This document shows, in pieces, positions 12,678 to 25,565 of a stretch of DNA of 64,000 nt. A program made the translations under genes and the position numbers. The first letter of the stretch is position 1. Each line of letters opens with the position of its first letter. The DNA lies in the NCBI RefSeq assembly GCF_009914755.1, contig NC_060937.1; one strand, given 5' to 3'. Under the pieces are notes generated by a model. The model worked only from the letters and a program-made list of their open reading frames with translations. It was not told the origin of the DNA and made no database searches. The DNA comes from the human T2T-CHM13v2.0 reference genome, Homo sapiens.

Positions 12678-13039
12678 TGTATTAGTTTGTTTTCACACTG
12701 CTGATAAAGACATATCCAAGACTGGGCAATTTACAAAAGAAAGAGGTTTAATGAACTCACAGTTCCACATGGCTGGGGAGGCCTCACAATCATGGTGGAG
12801 GGTGAAAGACACGTCTCACATGGCAGCAGTCAAGAGAAGAGAATGAGAGCCAAGCGAAAGGGGTTTGCTCTTATAAAACCATCAGATCTCGTGAGACTTA
12901 TTCACTACCACAAAACAGTATGGAGGAAACCACCCCCATGATTCAGTTATCTCCCACTGGGTCCCTCTACAACCTGAGGGAATGATGGGAGCTACAATTC
13001 AAGATGAGATTTGGGTGGGGACATAGCCAAGCCGTATCA
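12678..13039 (-). mobile_element. THE1 (MaLR) solo LTR
   Basis: TGTATTAG...TATCA termini, THE1 internal motifs and a 5-bp TSD CTGGG on both sides. Confidence 0.93.
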
Positions 13040-13897
13040 CTGGGTGACTTGGCAAACCATTACCATTCTTCCACCTCCTTCCTTTGCACAGACCCCTTGG
13101 GCAGGGATGGGTTTGCTATCTCTTTCTCTTTCTGACTGGAATTCAAGCCCTTCTGCCACATTTAGAGACTTCTGCCTACTAAAGAGATGATGTAACAGAC
13201 CCTCATGCCCTTAGAGGTGGAAACCTATAAGGAAATAAATGATTTAAGGAGCAAACAGAATGGAATCTGTTTTTAAAGTATTTGTAAAACATTATACCCA
13301 TTACATAAACAATATGAAAACTTTCAAAGAATCTCTTGAGCATCAAGTAAATTGGAAATAATATGAACTTTTTATTTACATAGGAATCTTTGGGATTCCT
13401 TGCAGATACTACTATATAGAAGCAAAAGGACTTAATTCCTTGTCTCATGCTTGCAAATTGGTTAAAGTTTTCTTACCTTTTCAACTCTGGTTTCCTATCT
13501 ATACAGAGAGAAGTCTCAAAATAAATGTTAGTTCTCCTTTTCCCCATTCCTTCATGACATGTGGTGATAAGAAATCTTCCTATTCCTTGTTCAGCAACAG
13601 GGAGAAAATGTAGGAGGCTGTAATCCCCACTCTAGACTTAGTCATTTTAATTTCTTTTTATGATGAGCTCTGAAGAGAGAAGCTCTAATAGAACTTTAAA
13701 AGGTGATCTTGAAATGCTGTTAAATGTCAAACAGCAAATCTTTAAAAACATTTACTTTCTTTTTTTGGTCTTCTAGTTGGAAATGGCACTGAAACATCTC
13801 TCTCATCTCATTTTTCACAGGTTTCTGTTTGTTGTTTTTACCATCAGGAGAATGATCTGTTTGATAAGTTGCTTTGATTATTTCGATTTGTTGAAAC

Positions 13898-14083
13898 CAG
13901 TGGTTCTCAAACTTGAATGTGCACCAGAATCATCCAAAAGTCTTATTCAAACCTAAACAGGTGGGCCCCACCCTGAGAGTTTTTGATTCAGTAGATCTGA
14001 GATGGAGCCCAAATTGTGTTTCTAACAAGCTCCCAGGAAATGCAGGTGCTGGTGTTCTCTGGACCACACTTTGAGAACCACTG
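13898..14083. mobile_element. MER5A (hAT-Charlie)
   Basis: Perfect 14-bp terminal inverted repeats CAGTGGTTCTCAAA / TTTGAGAACCACTG. Confidence 0.88.
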
Positions 14084-14269
14084 TCTTAAAATTTAAGACT
14101 TCAACTATCAGCAGTTCCCTTTTTTTTCCCCCCAGGGGTTTGAGAATACATTTCAAACATGGTTTGACATTCAATAACTCAAACTATTTTTCTAACTTAC
14201 TTCTAGGCATTTGCCTTCTAGAAATTTCCATCTGATAAAAGATTTTTCCAATACACTTACTTTTCTTCC

Positions 14270-14625
14270 TGACTAATTTGATTTGTGCACACTCGTGACA
14301 ATGCTGATGTCTTCCCTGCTTTTATCCACCAAGTAAAATCCAACCCTGTTGAAAGTTCTCTTCAAACTCCCTTCAAAATCCCTTTTAAATTCATTTGCCC
14401 TAAGCCTCTTGGTTCCTGTTTTCACCTTTGCCAAGCTTGTATAGTGTTTGTCTCTTTATTAGGTAACTAATCCACTTCTACTCTTATATTTTCTTGTATC
14501 ATTTAAAATGAGGGACTTAGTTTTTGTTTCTCAAATTGCCTCTAAGATGTCAGAGGTCATTCTAACACATATTTTTATTCCCTGGAGCACAGTGCTTGAA
14601 CACAGTAGGTACTCAATAAATAATT
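14270..14625 (+). mobile_element. L2 3' relic
   Basis: GCACAGTGCTTGAACACAGTAGGTACTCAATAAATA, the L2 3' end motif. Confidence 0.55.
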
Positions 14626-15898
14626 AAATACTCCTTGGTTGGAAATATAAAGGAATTTTTTAAACTTTGCTTTTGTTTTGTTTTCTTACCAGGCATACCT
14701 TCCAGACAACTTTCAGTAAGATCAAAATTAAATTGTGTAATGTAGAGACACCCTTATATTTTCTTTGAAAGATTGCAGCTGATAAGCTATATTGGCTTAA
14801 GCCAATGGAAATCAGTTTGCAAAAGTATAGACCACCAGAGTTTATTGTGTGGAACATGCATTTTGTTGCCTTTATATTGTTTTAAAGCATAACATTTCTC
14901 CCAATGAAGCTCTGTTTTATATAGGTATATGTCTATCAAAATGTTTTTTCAAAACATGGCATATTTTAGCTATCACTGACAGCAATTTTCAAATACCTGA
15001 AAAGATTAGAGAAGTTAAACATAAAGAGTACTTTAAATGGCAGTGACATTTCCTGGGAGATAAAGAAGTTGATATAGAGGAAATTTAGTTTAAAAAGTCA
15101 GGCCTAGGGATAAAGCAATCAAATTGTACTGCCTTTTGAATGATCTATTTATGATGGAGGCTTTGAATAATAAATTGTGCTTCTGGAATGTACATAGAAA
15201 CCACTTGTAATTTTGTGGATTCCATTTTAAGCTGTTGCCTACTTAGGCTCTCTTACCTGTATCAGTGCAGGTCAGAAACAATTTATTTTTAATCACTTGA
15301 CTAAAAGAATAGCATCCACATTTTCCCTGCCCTTAAGGTACACATAGAGCATTGAAGATTGACTTACAGGTGATTAATTTCAGTATGATGTGGGGAGTGG
15401 AGGGATAAACCTGCTGGGAGCCTAAAGGAGGACAGGTGAAGGTAACCATGGCTGGGAGGTGGGGGATGAGAAGAAAAACCGAGTGCTCTGATACAGTATT
15501 AATTGTTCTTTGATATAAATGGATGAACCCTAATTATATAGTTAATATGGAGGCTACATTCCTCTCTTCAATAGAAGATCATGCCCTATGAACCTCCTGA
15601 GAAATGTCAGCTCTGGTTTTACAAAACTGCATTCATTGATCTTTGTTCAAGTAAATGGAACTTGCATCTGTCCTTAGGAAATGGTATATAACTACCAAGG
15701 GAGAGATTTAATGTAAAATTAATATACTTCCCATAGTTTGAATAAAATTTCTAGAGAAATGTTAGGAAAATAATCACATTTATCACATATGATTATCCCT
15801 GCTACAGATGTGGGTTTAAATGGTGATCATTCTACCACTTCATATACCAACATTCCTTTAGCAAAAATTAGTATATGATCGTGCTGTGTATTTTAAAT

Positions 15899-16203
15899 AT
15901 TAGGCATGGTGGCTCACGCCTATAATTCAAGCATTTGGGAGGCCAAGGTTGAAGGATCACTTGAGGCCAGGAGTTTGAGACTGGCTTGGGCAACATGGTA
16001 AGACCCTGTCTCTACAAAAAACAAAATCACAGTTAGTCAGGTGTGGTGGCATGTGCCTGTAGTCCCAGCTACCGAAGAGGCTGAGAAGAGGATCACTTGA
16101 GCCCAGGAGTTTGAAGTTACTGTGATCTATGATCACACCACTGCACTCCAGCCTGGGTGACAGACTGAGACTCTATCTCTTATAAAAACAAAAATGAAAA
16201 TGA
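15899..16203 (+). mobile_element. AluJ-type
   Basis: Diverged dimeric Alu with J-type GAGGATCACTTGAGCCCAGGAGTTTG right arm. Confidence 0.88.
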
Positions 16204-17049
16204 AAGATCCATAGATAGTACAGCTACCATATTAAAGTGTGTATGCTTGTGTACAAAATATAAATATTTTTATAACCAAAGATGATACTAATGGTGTGGC
16301 TATTTTTTGCCATAGGTGACTAAATAGAACAATTGTTTCATGAATCCCTTTTACTAACTTTTCTTAGGTAGATGGTGCAACCAGTGGTTCCAGATGGAGA
16401 AAAGGTGAAAACAAGTTGGCATTTTTTTGTGCCCTTCAAGATCTGACTTGCTTTATTTTTTAATTTTTATGTTTTCTAGCACATTTGAAAGTGTGAACAT
16501 TTAAACTCTTATTCTGTTTCAGTTTGCATATGAAGATGTTTTAAGTAAGTTCTGGAATTATATAAAAAAAAAATAGAGAGAGTGAGGATGCCCAGATGAC
16601 AACAAGCAGAAAAATTCATCCTTTAAATAAAAGCCTCTATTCTCATTTGGAAAGCAAAATGTTCTCTCTTAAAAGTAGCAGCTGTAAAAAAAGCAGGAAG
16701 GCAGACCACACTAATCTAAGTTGTAAAATATGTTTTGGTAGCTTAACAGAGATTTAGCTGTTTCTGAGAAAAAAAATCAAATCTAATTTTAAAATGAAGG
16801 TATTTAAAACCATGGCACAAGGGAGCCTTATTTATGGAGCTGGTGGGAAGCCAGGATGTTTCCAATCCGCTGCTCTTACAGGAGCCTGTGCCTCGCCAGT
16901 TCTGTGCTGCAGTGGGCAGCCAACTGAAGTGCATGAGTCAAATGCACGAAGCAGCAGACACCTGTCCTTTCAGAAGGCAAGAGGTGATGAAATGAGTGAA
17001 TTCCAGAACTAGTGGAAAGAAAACGTAATGATTACCCCAGATTTTTTTC

Positions 17050-17280
17050 TTCTATTTATTTATTTTTATTGATGCATAATAGCTGCACATAGTTTTCGGG
17101 TACGCATGATAATTTAATACATTCATAAACCTTGTAAAGATCAAATCAGTGTACCTGAGATTTCCATCACCTTAAAGATTTATCTTCTTTTTATACTAGA
17201 ACCATTCAAATTCTTCTCTTCTAGCTATTTTGCAGTATATATTATTATAAACCATAGTCACCATACTGATCTAACACTGT
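17050..17280 (-). mobile_element. L1MA-type 3' end fragment
   Basis: T-rich tail followed by GATCAAATCAG...CCATCACCTTAAA...CTTCTAGCTATTTTG. Confidence 0.7.
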
Positions 17281-17707
17281 CTCTTTTTTCTATCACATTT
17301 CAGATTTTGTTTTTCTTAAAATTGATCTGTACAAACTAATATTTCTTTCTAAAAACAAGGTGAAAAGTGTTTGGGTTTTTTTCCCCCTACATGGAATTCA
17401 AGCTTTGAACTTGTGTGTTTCTTTCAATGTCATACATACTGATCTTTATAGAATACTGAAGGTGCTGTTTCTTTTCTAAATGGTATGCCTGATCTTTGAA
17501 TGAAAGGTATATCATGGTGCCAAAAACCTTCAACATTTAGCCTTGGGACCCCATTGCTTGCACAGTGGACCTATTTTCTAATCTGGAAAATATAAGCCTG
17601 TATACCAAGAATATATTTTTTGAGGCTGGGGAGTATATTTTTTTGGATAAGTTCACTAATTACCATAATAAATAGTAAATACAAATTTTCTTGTGATCTA
17701 GTACATA

Positions 17708-18045
17708 AGCTGGGCCCTGTGGCTCATGCCTGTAATCTCAGCATTTTGGGAGGCCAAAGTTGATGGATTACTGGAGGCCAGGAGTTCAAGACCAGCCTGG
17801 CCAACATGGAGAAACCTCATCTATATTAAAAATACAAAAATTAGCTGGGTGCAGTGGTGCACGCCTGTAGTCCCAATTGCAATTGCTAGGGAGGCTGAGG
17901 TATAAGAAATGAGAATTGCTTGAGATGTTGTAAGTTTTAAGCTTGAGCCCAGGAGGCAGAGAGTGTAGTGAGCCGAGATTACCCCACTGTACTCCAGCCT
18001 GGGCGACAGAGTGAGACTCCATCTCAAAAAAAAAAAAAAAAAAAA
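17708..18045 (+). mobile_element. AluS-type with right-arm insertions
   Basis: Dimeric Alu with A tail. TSD-like GATCTAGTACAT / GATCTAATACAT. Confidence 0.88.
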
Positions 18046-18339
18046 GATCTAATACATGAAACCTAATTTGCTAAAACAATTATGTTTCCTAATTTCTAAA
18101 GAAAATTTTTCTGTTTCATTTGGAAAAAAATAAGACAGAAAGTAATGACAGTATGATTAAAAGTTGCTTTCCTATGGACAAGAGAGATCGTCATTTTTTT
18201 TTTCCTTAAAATGCGTTTAGTAGGAATAATTTATCTCTCCTCTTACCTCTTAAAATATTTTACTTAAATATTTTGGAGCAGTAATCACTTTTTAACTTGT
18301 TATTACAAATATGAAATATAAATATTTGGTATATTTGAT

Positions 18340-18455
18340 TAGTCTTCCCTTAGTCTGTAAACTCTGAAAGGCAGGATCAGGTCTCATTTATCCTGGCATA
18401 GCCCTCAGTGCCTGGCTCAGATAAGAAATTTAGTACACATATAATGAACAATCAA
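18340..18455 (+). mobile_element. L2 3' relic
   Basis: TAGTCTGTAAACTCTGAAAGGCAGGATC...CAGTGCCTGGC. Confidence 0.5.
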
Positions 18456-18877
18456 ATGGTGACAATGACCTAGGCTTTCATTTGATTCCTAGAAAACAAC
18501 CTCTATGTAGATGTTGACTAAGTCCTGTATGTTCTCTGTTATGAAAAATACTCTGTATACTACTAGGCATGTGCTATCATCCAGTCCTTATATTACGGCT
18601 TTTCATTTAGATTGATTTTTATGGAGCACATGAACTTGGCCCTCAAGGAGCTTACTCTGTAGGAGAATACAAAGTATGAGGTGTCATCAAAGGTATTTCA
18701 CATTGAGACTGATGTTGAGATGTTTCTATACCATGTCAATTAGCAATCTAGAGGGTAAAATTTATACTGAGAGCAGGTACAGCTAATGTTATACATTATT
18801 TTGTCCAACCTAATCTTTAGAAAGATATCTTCCTTGCCTTTTGCCTGTAACTTTGTGAAAAAAAAAGCATTGTTAAT

Positions 18878-19166
18878 GGGCTGGGCATGGTGGCTTAGGC
18901 CTCTAGTCCAGGTGATCTGGGAGGCTGAGGTGGGAGGATTGCTTAAGGCTAGGAGTTCGAGACCAACCTGGGCAACATAGTGAGATCTTCTCTCTACCAA
19001 AAAAAAAAATTATCAGGCATGATGGTACATGCTTGTAGTCCCAGCTACTCAGGAGGCTGACGGGGAGGACTGTTTGAGCACAGGTGGTGGCTGGGGCTGC
19101 AATAAGCTATGATCATACCACTGCACTTAACCTGGGCAACAGAGCAAGATCCTGTCTAAAAAAAAA
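18878..19166 (+). mobile_element. AluJ-type
   Basis: Dimeric Alu. TSD-like AAAAAA(G/T)CATTGTTA on both sides. Confidence 0.88.
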
Positions 19167-19414
19167 TCATTGTTATAAAACCATTACTTTCACTATAAGT
19201 GGAATGGTCTACACTTACCTTTCTTAAAGGATAAAATAGTCTCTTCTCTTTTCTCTCGTTATAGCAAAAGTATCAGATGATTGGCCTTTCCATATAGTTG
19301 AAGGTCACCCATTAATGAAATGAAACAGAATCAAGGTAAACTATGGAAATTACAGTAAGATTGTTAAAAAGAGGCTTCATGTTGCAACACTGCATATATG
19401 TTCTGATAAAACAG

Positions 19415-19640
19415 AACATTTATTGAGCTCTCTCTAGGTCCCACATATTGTTTTAAACTCTTGTAGTATCTCGCATAATCCTTACATCATCTTTTCATCA
19501 TAGGCATCATCACCACATTTTACAGATGAGGAAACTGAGGCAGAGAGGAAACTGGGGCAGAGACAATTCACTTGTCCAAGGACACAGGTGGGAAAGCAGA
19601 TAAGCCAGGCAGATTCTAAAGCCCACATACAAAACTACTA
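19415..19640 (-). mobile_element. MIR
   Basis: CATTTTACAGATGAGGAAACTGAGGCAGAGAG core. Confidence 0.75.
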
Positions 19641-19894
19641 TCTAGGTGAATTATATGATTTCATTTTCAAAGGAGAAAATTAACTTTTTCTAGTATTAAA
19701 TTTCTCAAATCATTGAGCTACATACCCTGTAATGCAATTCTTTCCAAATATTAGGAAGCATTTAGCTCTCAGTTGTTAGAGAAGGTAAGAAGTAGTAAAA
19801 AATTATTCCGGTATTGAGACACTTCTAGAAACTTCCAGTAAGATCAAGTGATAGCTTATTAGTTTGATAGACATTTTAGTCATTATGGGTAAAA

Positions 19895-20460
19895 CTTTGT
19901 AGTATTACATTGTCATTACTCGGGCTGTTTGCATCTGAATGCTCCTCTTCAGTTTGAGAAATTCCCATCCTCTTGAGTCTTCATGGGAGGCAGAGCTTCC
20001 CTAAAGTTACAGAAACTGAAAATTCCAGATGCTTGCTTTCCCCAGCTCCTTTGCATCCAAGGTGTGGGTACATGACCTACAATAGACCAATGATATATGC
20101 CAGTCTCAGTCTTTGCTTTGGCTACTTGTAACACAAAGAAGCAGCAACAGTGAAGAACTCATTCTGCAGGTAGCAGTGGCCAAATGGCACTCATGGAGGT
20201 TTCAGCATTGTCCTCAAGTATCCAGTGCTGAGGGTCAGGAATAGGGCTCTCTGTGCCATAAAGGGCTCACTGGCTACAATGGTGCCCTTTATGGATGGCC
20301 TTGGTGGTTTGATCTTGGCTGTGGTCTTGGCTGATGCTTCACTTGTTCCTACTTGTCTTCCTATCCTAGTTCTTCACCCCCAAGTTTCTGTAAATAAATC
20401 CTTTCCTGTGTAAATTAGCCATAATTAGTTTCTGTGGCATGTAACTAAGCTCTGAATGGT
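19895..20460 (+). mobile_element. ERVL-class LTR (LTR33-like)
   Basis: GCTTTCCCCAGCTCCTTTGCA...CATGACCT, with 3' AATAAATCCCTTTCCTG...TTTCTGTGGCATGTAACTAAG. Confidence 0.6.
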
Positions 20461-20511
20461 GGGATGTGAGGGGCAGAAGACAAACAATCTTGGTTAAAAA
20501 TTACCTCCATG

Positions 20512-20836
20512 GGGGTGGGTACAATGGCTCATGCCTGTAATCCTAGCACTTTAGGAGGCTGAGGCAGGAGGATTGCTTGAAGCCAGGAGTTCAACACCAG
20601 CTTAAGCAACATAGTGAGGCCCCATCTCTACAGAAAAAATAAAAAATAAAAAAAAATTAGCCTGGTGTGATGCCATGTGCCTGTAGTCCTAGCTACTTGG
20701 GAGGCTTAGCTGGGAGGATCCCTTGAACCCAGAAGTTTGAGGCTTCAGGGAGCTTTGATTGTACCAGTGCACTCCAGCCTAGGTGACAGAGTGAGACACT
20801 GTCTCGAAAAATGAACAATAACAAAAACAACAACAA
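20512..20836 (+). mobile_element. AluJ-type
   Basis: Diverged dimeric Alu. TSD-like C(C/T)TCCATGG. Confidence 0.87.
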
Positions 20837-23777
20837 AGCTTCCATGGTAACTTCTGAAGCTGGAAAATAATGGTATGTATCTGGTGAATGCAAATGAGTA
20901 CAAAGACTGAAGAGAGAGAATCATTTTAACGGTAGGGTAGGGTTATTGATTACTTTTCGTGCTGCTTTAGAAACAAGCTCCACTTCTCTTTACATTTCTT
21001 TCCACTGTAATTTCTCATTGGATTTCTATGTTCATAATATGTGCTCATGAACCACTTAAAGGCGAACCCATGCCTGATATTCTGTTGAGTTCTGTTCAAA
21101 AGGGATCCGATTAAGCCATGCTTCCTCATGTTAGAGCAGCTCTATGGAACTTTAGGGACTGATACATGGAGTTCTGTGGAAGTGGGTGAGTCCTAAGAGT
21201 TGTGAGCTATCTTAAAGGTACAAAAAGACAAGCAGAAAGTTAAATGGGAATATAATCAGATTTATGTAGAAGCTTCCTAGTAATAGGCATTCATTTTTTT
21301 CTCAGGAGTATAGTAATATGATCCTCATATAGGGTAAATAATGTTTTTGTGCTTTATTTTGTATACTGATATTTCTATTTATCATCTTTCATCTTTTAAG
21401 GGACTGTATCTTCCTTTATTCTTTATGAGTCTTTTGTTTGTTTGCTTGTTTGTCTTATTTTTCCTGTGAGTTCTTTTTCCAGTCAGTTTGTTATTATAGG
21501 GAACTGAATTATTTCTAGGGTAGGAGACATCCATCTCATCTTAACCACAGTCTTAGCAAGTGAATATGCTAACCTTCAGATAGTTGGGTTCCAGAGTATA
21601 CATAGGAGTATAAAATGGATAAGCTGATTGTTTCCCCATTTAATGATTTTTTTAATAATAATATAGTCAATTTCAATATCTTGTGTGGTAGCATCATTAG
21701 AATGGTATTGCTTCATCACAGTTACTGGATGTCATGATGACTGTATATCTCATTATTCATGTTGTATAACCTCAAAAGCACTAAGAGAATAAAATGGAAA
21801 TTAAAACACATTTTTGAAGTTCCAGATTTACTTACTTAATATGGCTTAGTTCTAGGCATTGTACAAACATCAATGAAATAAAAGACTTTGTAATATGAAA
21901 CCAGAGTTAAATGAGGAACAAGAAAGAAAATTACAACATTTGCAATGATTTTTTACTGTATTCTTTCAGTGACCAATTCATATCGAGAAAACAAAAAGCA
22001 GTATAACTTAGTGATCACTTATTTGTTTCTACAGAAGAGCCTTCATTTTAGTAAATATTAACTTGTAAAGGGCTTTTTATTGAAGAGAAACAATCTATGC
22101 CAATGTATTACTAATTTGAGAATTAGCTAAGGGTTCAGTGTTTTTAGTTTAAAATTTGGCCATCACGTAAAAATAATTTTATTAATACCATTCATTTTGT
22201 TAATAGAATTCACTCAGTTGGCCTTTCAACTGAGTTCTATAAAGAGTATATAAATTTGTAAAATTTGGAAAAGTATCTCAGTGTCAAACTCCATAGGAAT
22301 TTAAGAATAGGAAACTTTGAAATAAATATCTTTGGCTAACAGACGCTCCTAGGACTTGTTATCACCGCCTCTTAGGTGAATGTCTGTCTTAATTGTTCAG
22401 ATTAAAAAACTACTCATGTCCTCAATTTATAATATTATTGATCAGTACCTAGAACATTGTTGTATTTAAATCACATTACAGGACACACTGCCGAAGCATT
22501 ATCCTAGATGGGAAAATCAAAGGCAAGATTTACAATTTATTTTATTATAGACTTGGCCAAACTTTGGCTTTTGAGTCCTTAGTACCATTTTTTATAGTGC
22601 TACTGGGAGAAATTATGCAAACTGATATCAGATTACCCAACATACCAGGAATGTGCTTAGCAAACAGGGGCATCAAAAAGCATTTGGAAAATAATAACTC
22701 TAGCAATGTAGTAGTCATCATGATAAAAATTAGAATTTGATTGTATTTTCTTCCTTTTTTGGTAGTTCAGTATTGGTTTAATACTGAATTATAAAATGTT
22801 ATGGTGGGTGGGAATACATGATTATGTTTTTCATGCTTAGGGTCAGACACCTTTCCTAAAACTCTTGATATGCAAATTCCTTCACTAATACCAGATAATT
22901 TTTCCAAAAGGAAAGTAGTTTCTTATTCCTCTAGACCCAAGGACCTAGAGATATTACCATGTCTTTGCTTTCCTTTCTGAAGCCTGTATTGATTATTGAC
23001 CATGGTTTGTTTCTCCTACAAAGCCAATTCTATGAGATATGGGCAGTTAGGGAGAAGGGAGCTTGAGGGGCACAGGTTTTAAGAGGGAGAGAGAAGTCAA
23101 CAATTGCAGACTGGTCTTTTATGGTAGGAAACATTGGGATTTTTAAATCAGTTATTCCAAATTCAGTAAGTACCTGTTTTTAGGGTTTTCTAAGACTTTC
23201 CATCTTTCCAGGAATGATTCTTCTTAATGATGAATCTCTGGAACTAGGAGCATTCACTGTGGTTTGACAAGAAGTTCAGCTCTCAGGAATAGCACATTTT
23301 CCTGTAGTACTGCATTTACTTGAAACAGCTGGGTTTACATGCAGCATAAATACTGCTTTTTAACATTCGAAGGCATAAGAAGAATCCAGTATATAAGTGC
23401 CACTTTTAGATAAATATATTTTGTAATTTCTTTGCATGGAATAAAAGAGAAAACAGTGTCTATTCCTAGGGAAATTGAGTGTAAATCCAGCACTCCAGAA
23501 TTCCCTGAGAAGTGTGGTTGCTGTTTGAAGATTTTAAGCTCCCCCAGGGATGGGTTTATGCAGTTTCATTTGTTTCACATGTATTTTGCCCAGGGTTGGA
23601 CAAACAGATAAGCTTCTTAACTGGTGGATTTAACTGTCTCTTCACTTTTGAGGTGTCAACCTGGTATATAGTGAAAAATGTTAAGGATAGGCAAATGTCG
23701 TTGGGAATAAACAGATAAATAAAGATGAGGTAACTTTAGACTTTCTGGCATTAGTCACATTTATCTCCTATCTCTCC

Positions 23778-23781
<4 letters not shown>

Positions 23782-23815
<34 letters not shown>
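23782..23815. repeat. (AC)n microsatellite
   Basis: About 17 AC units read directly. Confidence 0.97.
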
Positions 23816-23820
<5 letters not shown>

Positions 23821-24618
23821 TATATTATATATTTTGTTAATGTGAAGTCATTTATGAGAGTGCTGATGTTGGAGTCAAGATACATAAATTCTGACTACAA
23901 GACTATGACATATTGATGAGTATACAGGAAATAGCCCCTCAACCCTTAGCTTTTCACACTTTTGGACAAATTCCTAGTCCTTCCCACTCTCCTTGAAACA
24001 TTTTCTTGGCTTATACAACATTCCTCAAGCCAAAAGTAACTTTTACCTTTCTCAGGTCCAGATGTCAGGGGGTTGTAGTGACAATTATTTTGGAAATAAT
24101 GGCTTCAGATGTCCCCTCAGCAGAGGAAAGAAGGAAGGGTTCCCGAAAAAAAAAGTGAGCTGGAGAGAGCAATTTTAAAAATGGGTGAAAGTGTGGATCC
24201 TTTCACGCCAAGTTACACTTAAGTTTTCTTGCGAAATTAAATGTGATGAAGGCCTACAGTCCATTAAAACTTGCACAATTGACACATTGTGACAAATCCT
24301 TCCACATGTCTCATTTTCAAAAATTTATTTATGAATTGGTAACACAGAAATACTCAAGTGATAAAAACGGATAGGCCTCTTTAGAGGCTATTCTTATAGG
24401 CAATTGTAATTCTTCCAGTGATAGTTTATAGAAATATTTATATTTCATATGTTAACCTAAATGGTATCATACCCTACACATTGTAAAGCAGATGTTTTTC
24501 TACTTAATTTATCTGGAAATGTATTCCATTTCAGTGTATAAGGACTTGCCTCAGTTTCCCCCCACACCCCCAAGTTGCATTTTATTCCACTGTACAAATA
24601 TATCATACTTGATTTAGC

Positions 24619-25565
24619 TGCTACCAGTGGACTGGGGGAGGTTCCCAAACACTGCTGGGACCTGGACCCCAGCTGATGTCCAGGCTCTTGATGCCATTGC
24701 AAGAAGGAGTTCAGGGATGAGTCAGTCAGAAAATAGTGAGAGTAGAGAGATTTATTGCCAAGGGAAAAGGACACTTAAGAAAAGGGAGTGGAGGCATACT
24801 CAAGAGAGAGTCATACAAATGGAGTCTGGGTTTGCTAGCTTTATGGGTTTTTTTAACAAAGGAGTGCAATATTCGTGAAAATTCCAGAAAAAGGGTGGAG
24901 ATTTCCCAGAACTGTGATGCTACTAATTTTTACAACAAATATGGGTGTTCTGGGAACTGTCATGGCACTGGTGGGTGTGTGATTAGTATGTTAATGGGCA
25001 CATAATGAAGTCTTAGGGGAAACCTAGGTCAAATTCAACACCATGTTGGAGCCAGTTGGTCTTAGCCAGCTTGGCCCACACCATGGGTTTTCAGGGTCTT
25101 ATTAGCTCATAGCCTCTGTAGCTATTTTATCTGTTTCCTTTTGCTAGTCATGTGAAATTGCTGCTTGGAGTTTTTTGTTGTTGTTGTTGTTGTTTGTTTT
25201 TTGTTTTTTTGTTTTTTTTGTTTTTTTCTGAGATGGAATTTCGCTCTTGTCACCCAGGCTAGAGTGCAGTGGCATGACCTTGGCTGACTGCAGCCTCTGC
25301 CTCGTGGGTTCAAGTGATTCTCCTGCTTCAGCCTCCTAAGTAGCTGGGATTACAGGCGTGTGCCTCCACTCCCGGGTAATTTTTGCATTTTTAGTAGAGA
25401 CAGGATTTCACCATGTTGGGCAGGCTGATCTCGAACTCCTGACTTCAGGTGATCCACTGGCCTTGGCCTCCCAAAGTGCTGGGATTACAGGCATGAGCCA
25501 CCACGCCCCGCCACTGCCTGGAGTTTTCTGTTCTCCTGCGACCACTCTGTATTATTCCTATCTGA
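24619..25565 (-). mobile_element. ERV1-class solo LTR containing an Alu
   Basis: TG...(C>G)A termini, 4-bp TSD TAGC (24615-24618 and 25566-25569), and a minus-strand polyA signal (TTTATT at about 24750). Confidence 0.72.
25175..25512 (-). mobile_element. AluS (Sq/Sx-like)
   Basis: Full dimer. TSD CTGC(T/C)TGGAGTTTT. Confidence 0.92.

Noticed and set aside
19527-19562. 17-bp direct repeat GAGGAAACTG(A/G)GGCAGA, and a similar short duplication at 32705-32744
   Set aside because: These are ordinary slippage duplications, the first within a MIR, with no further structure.
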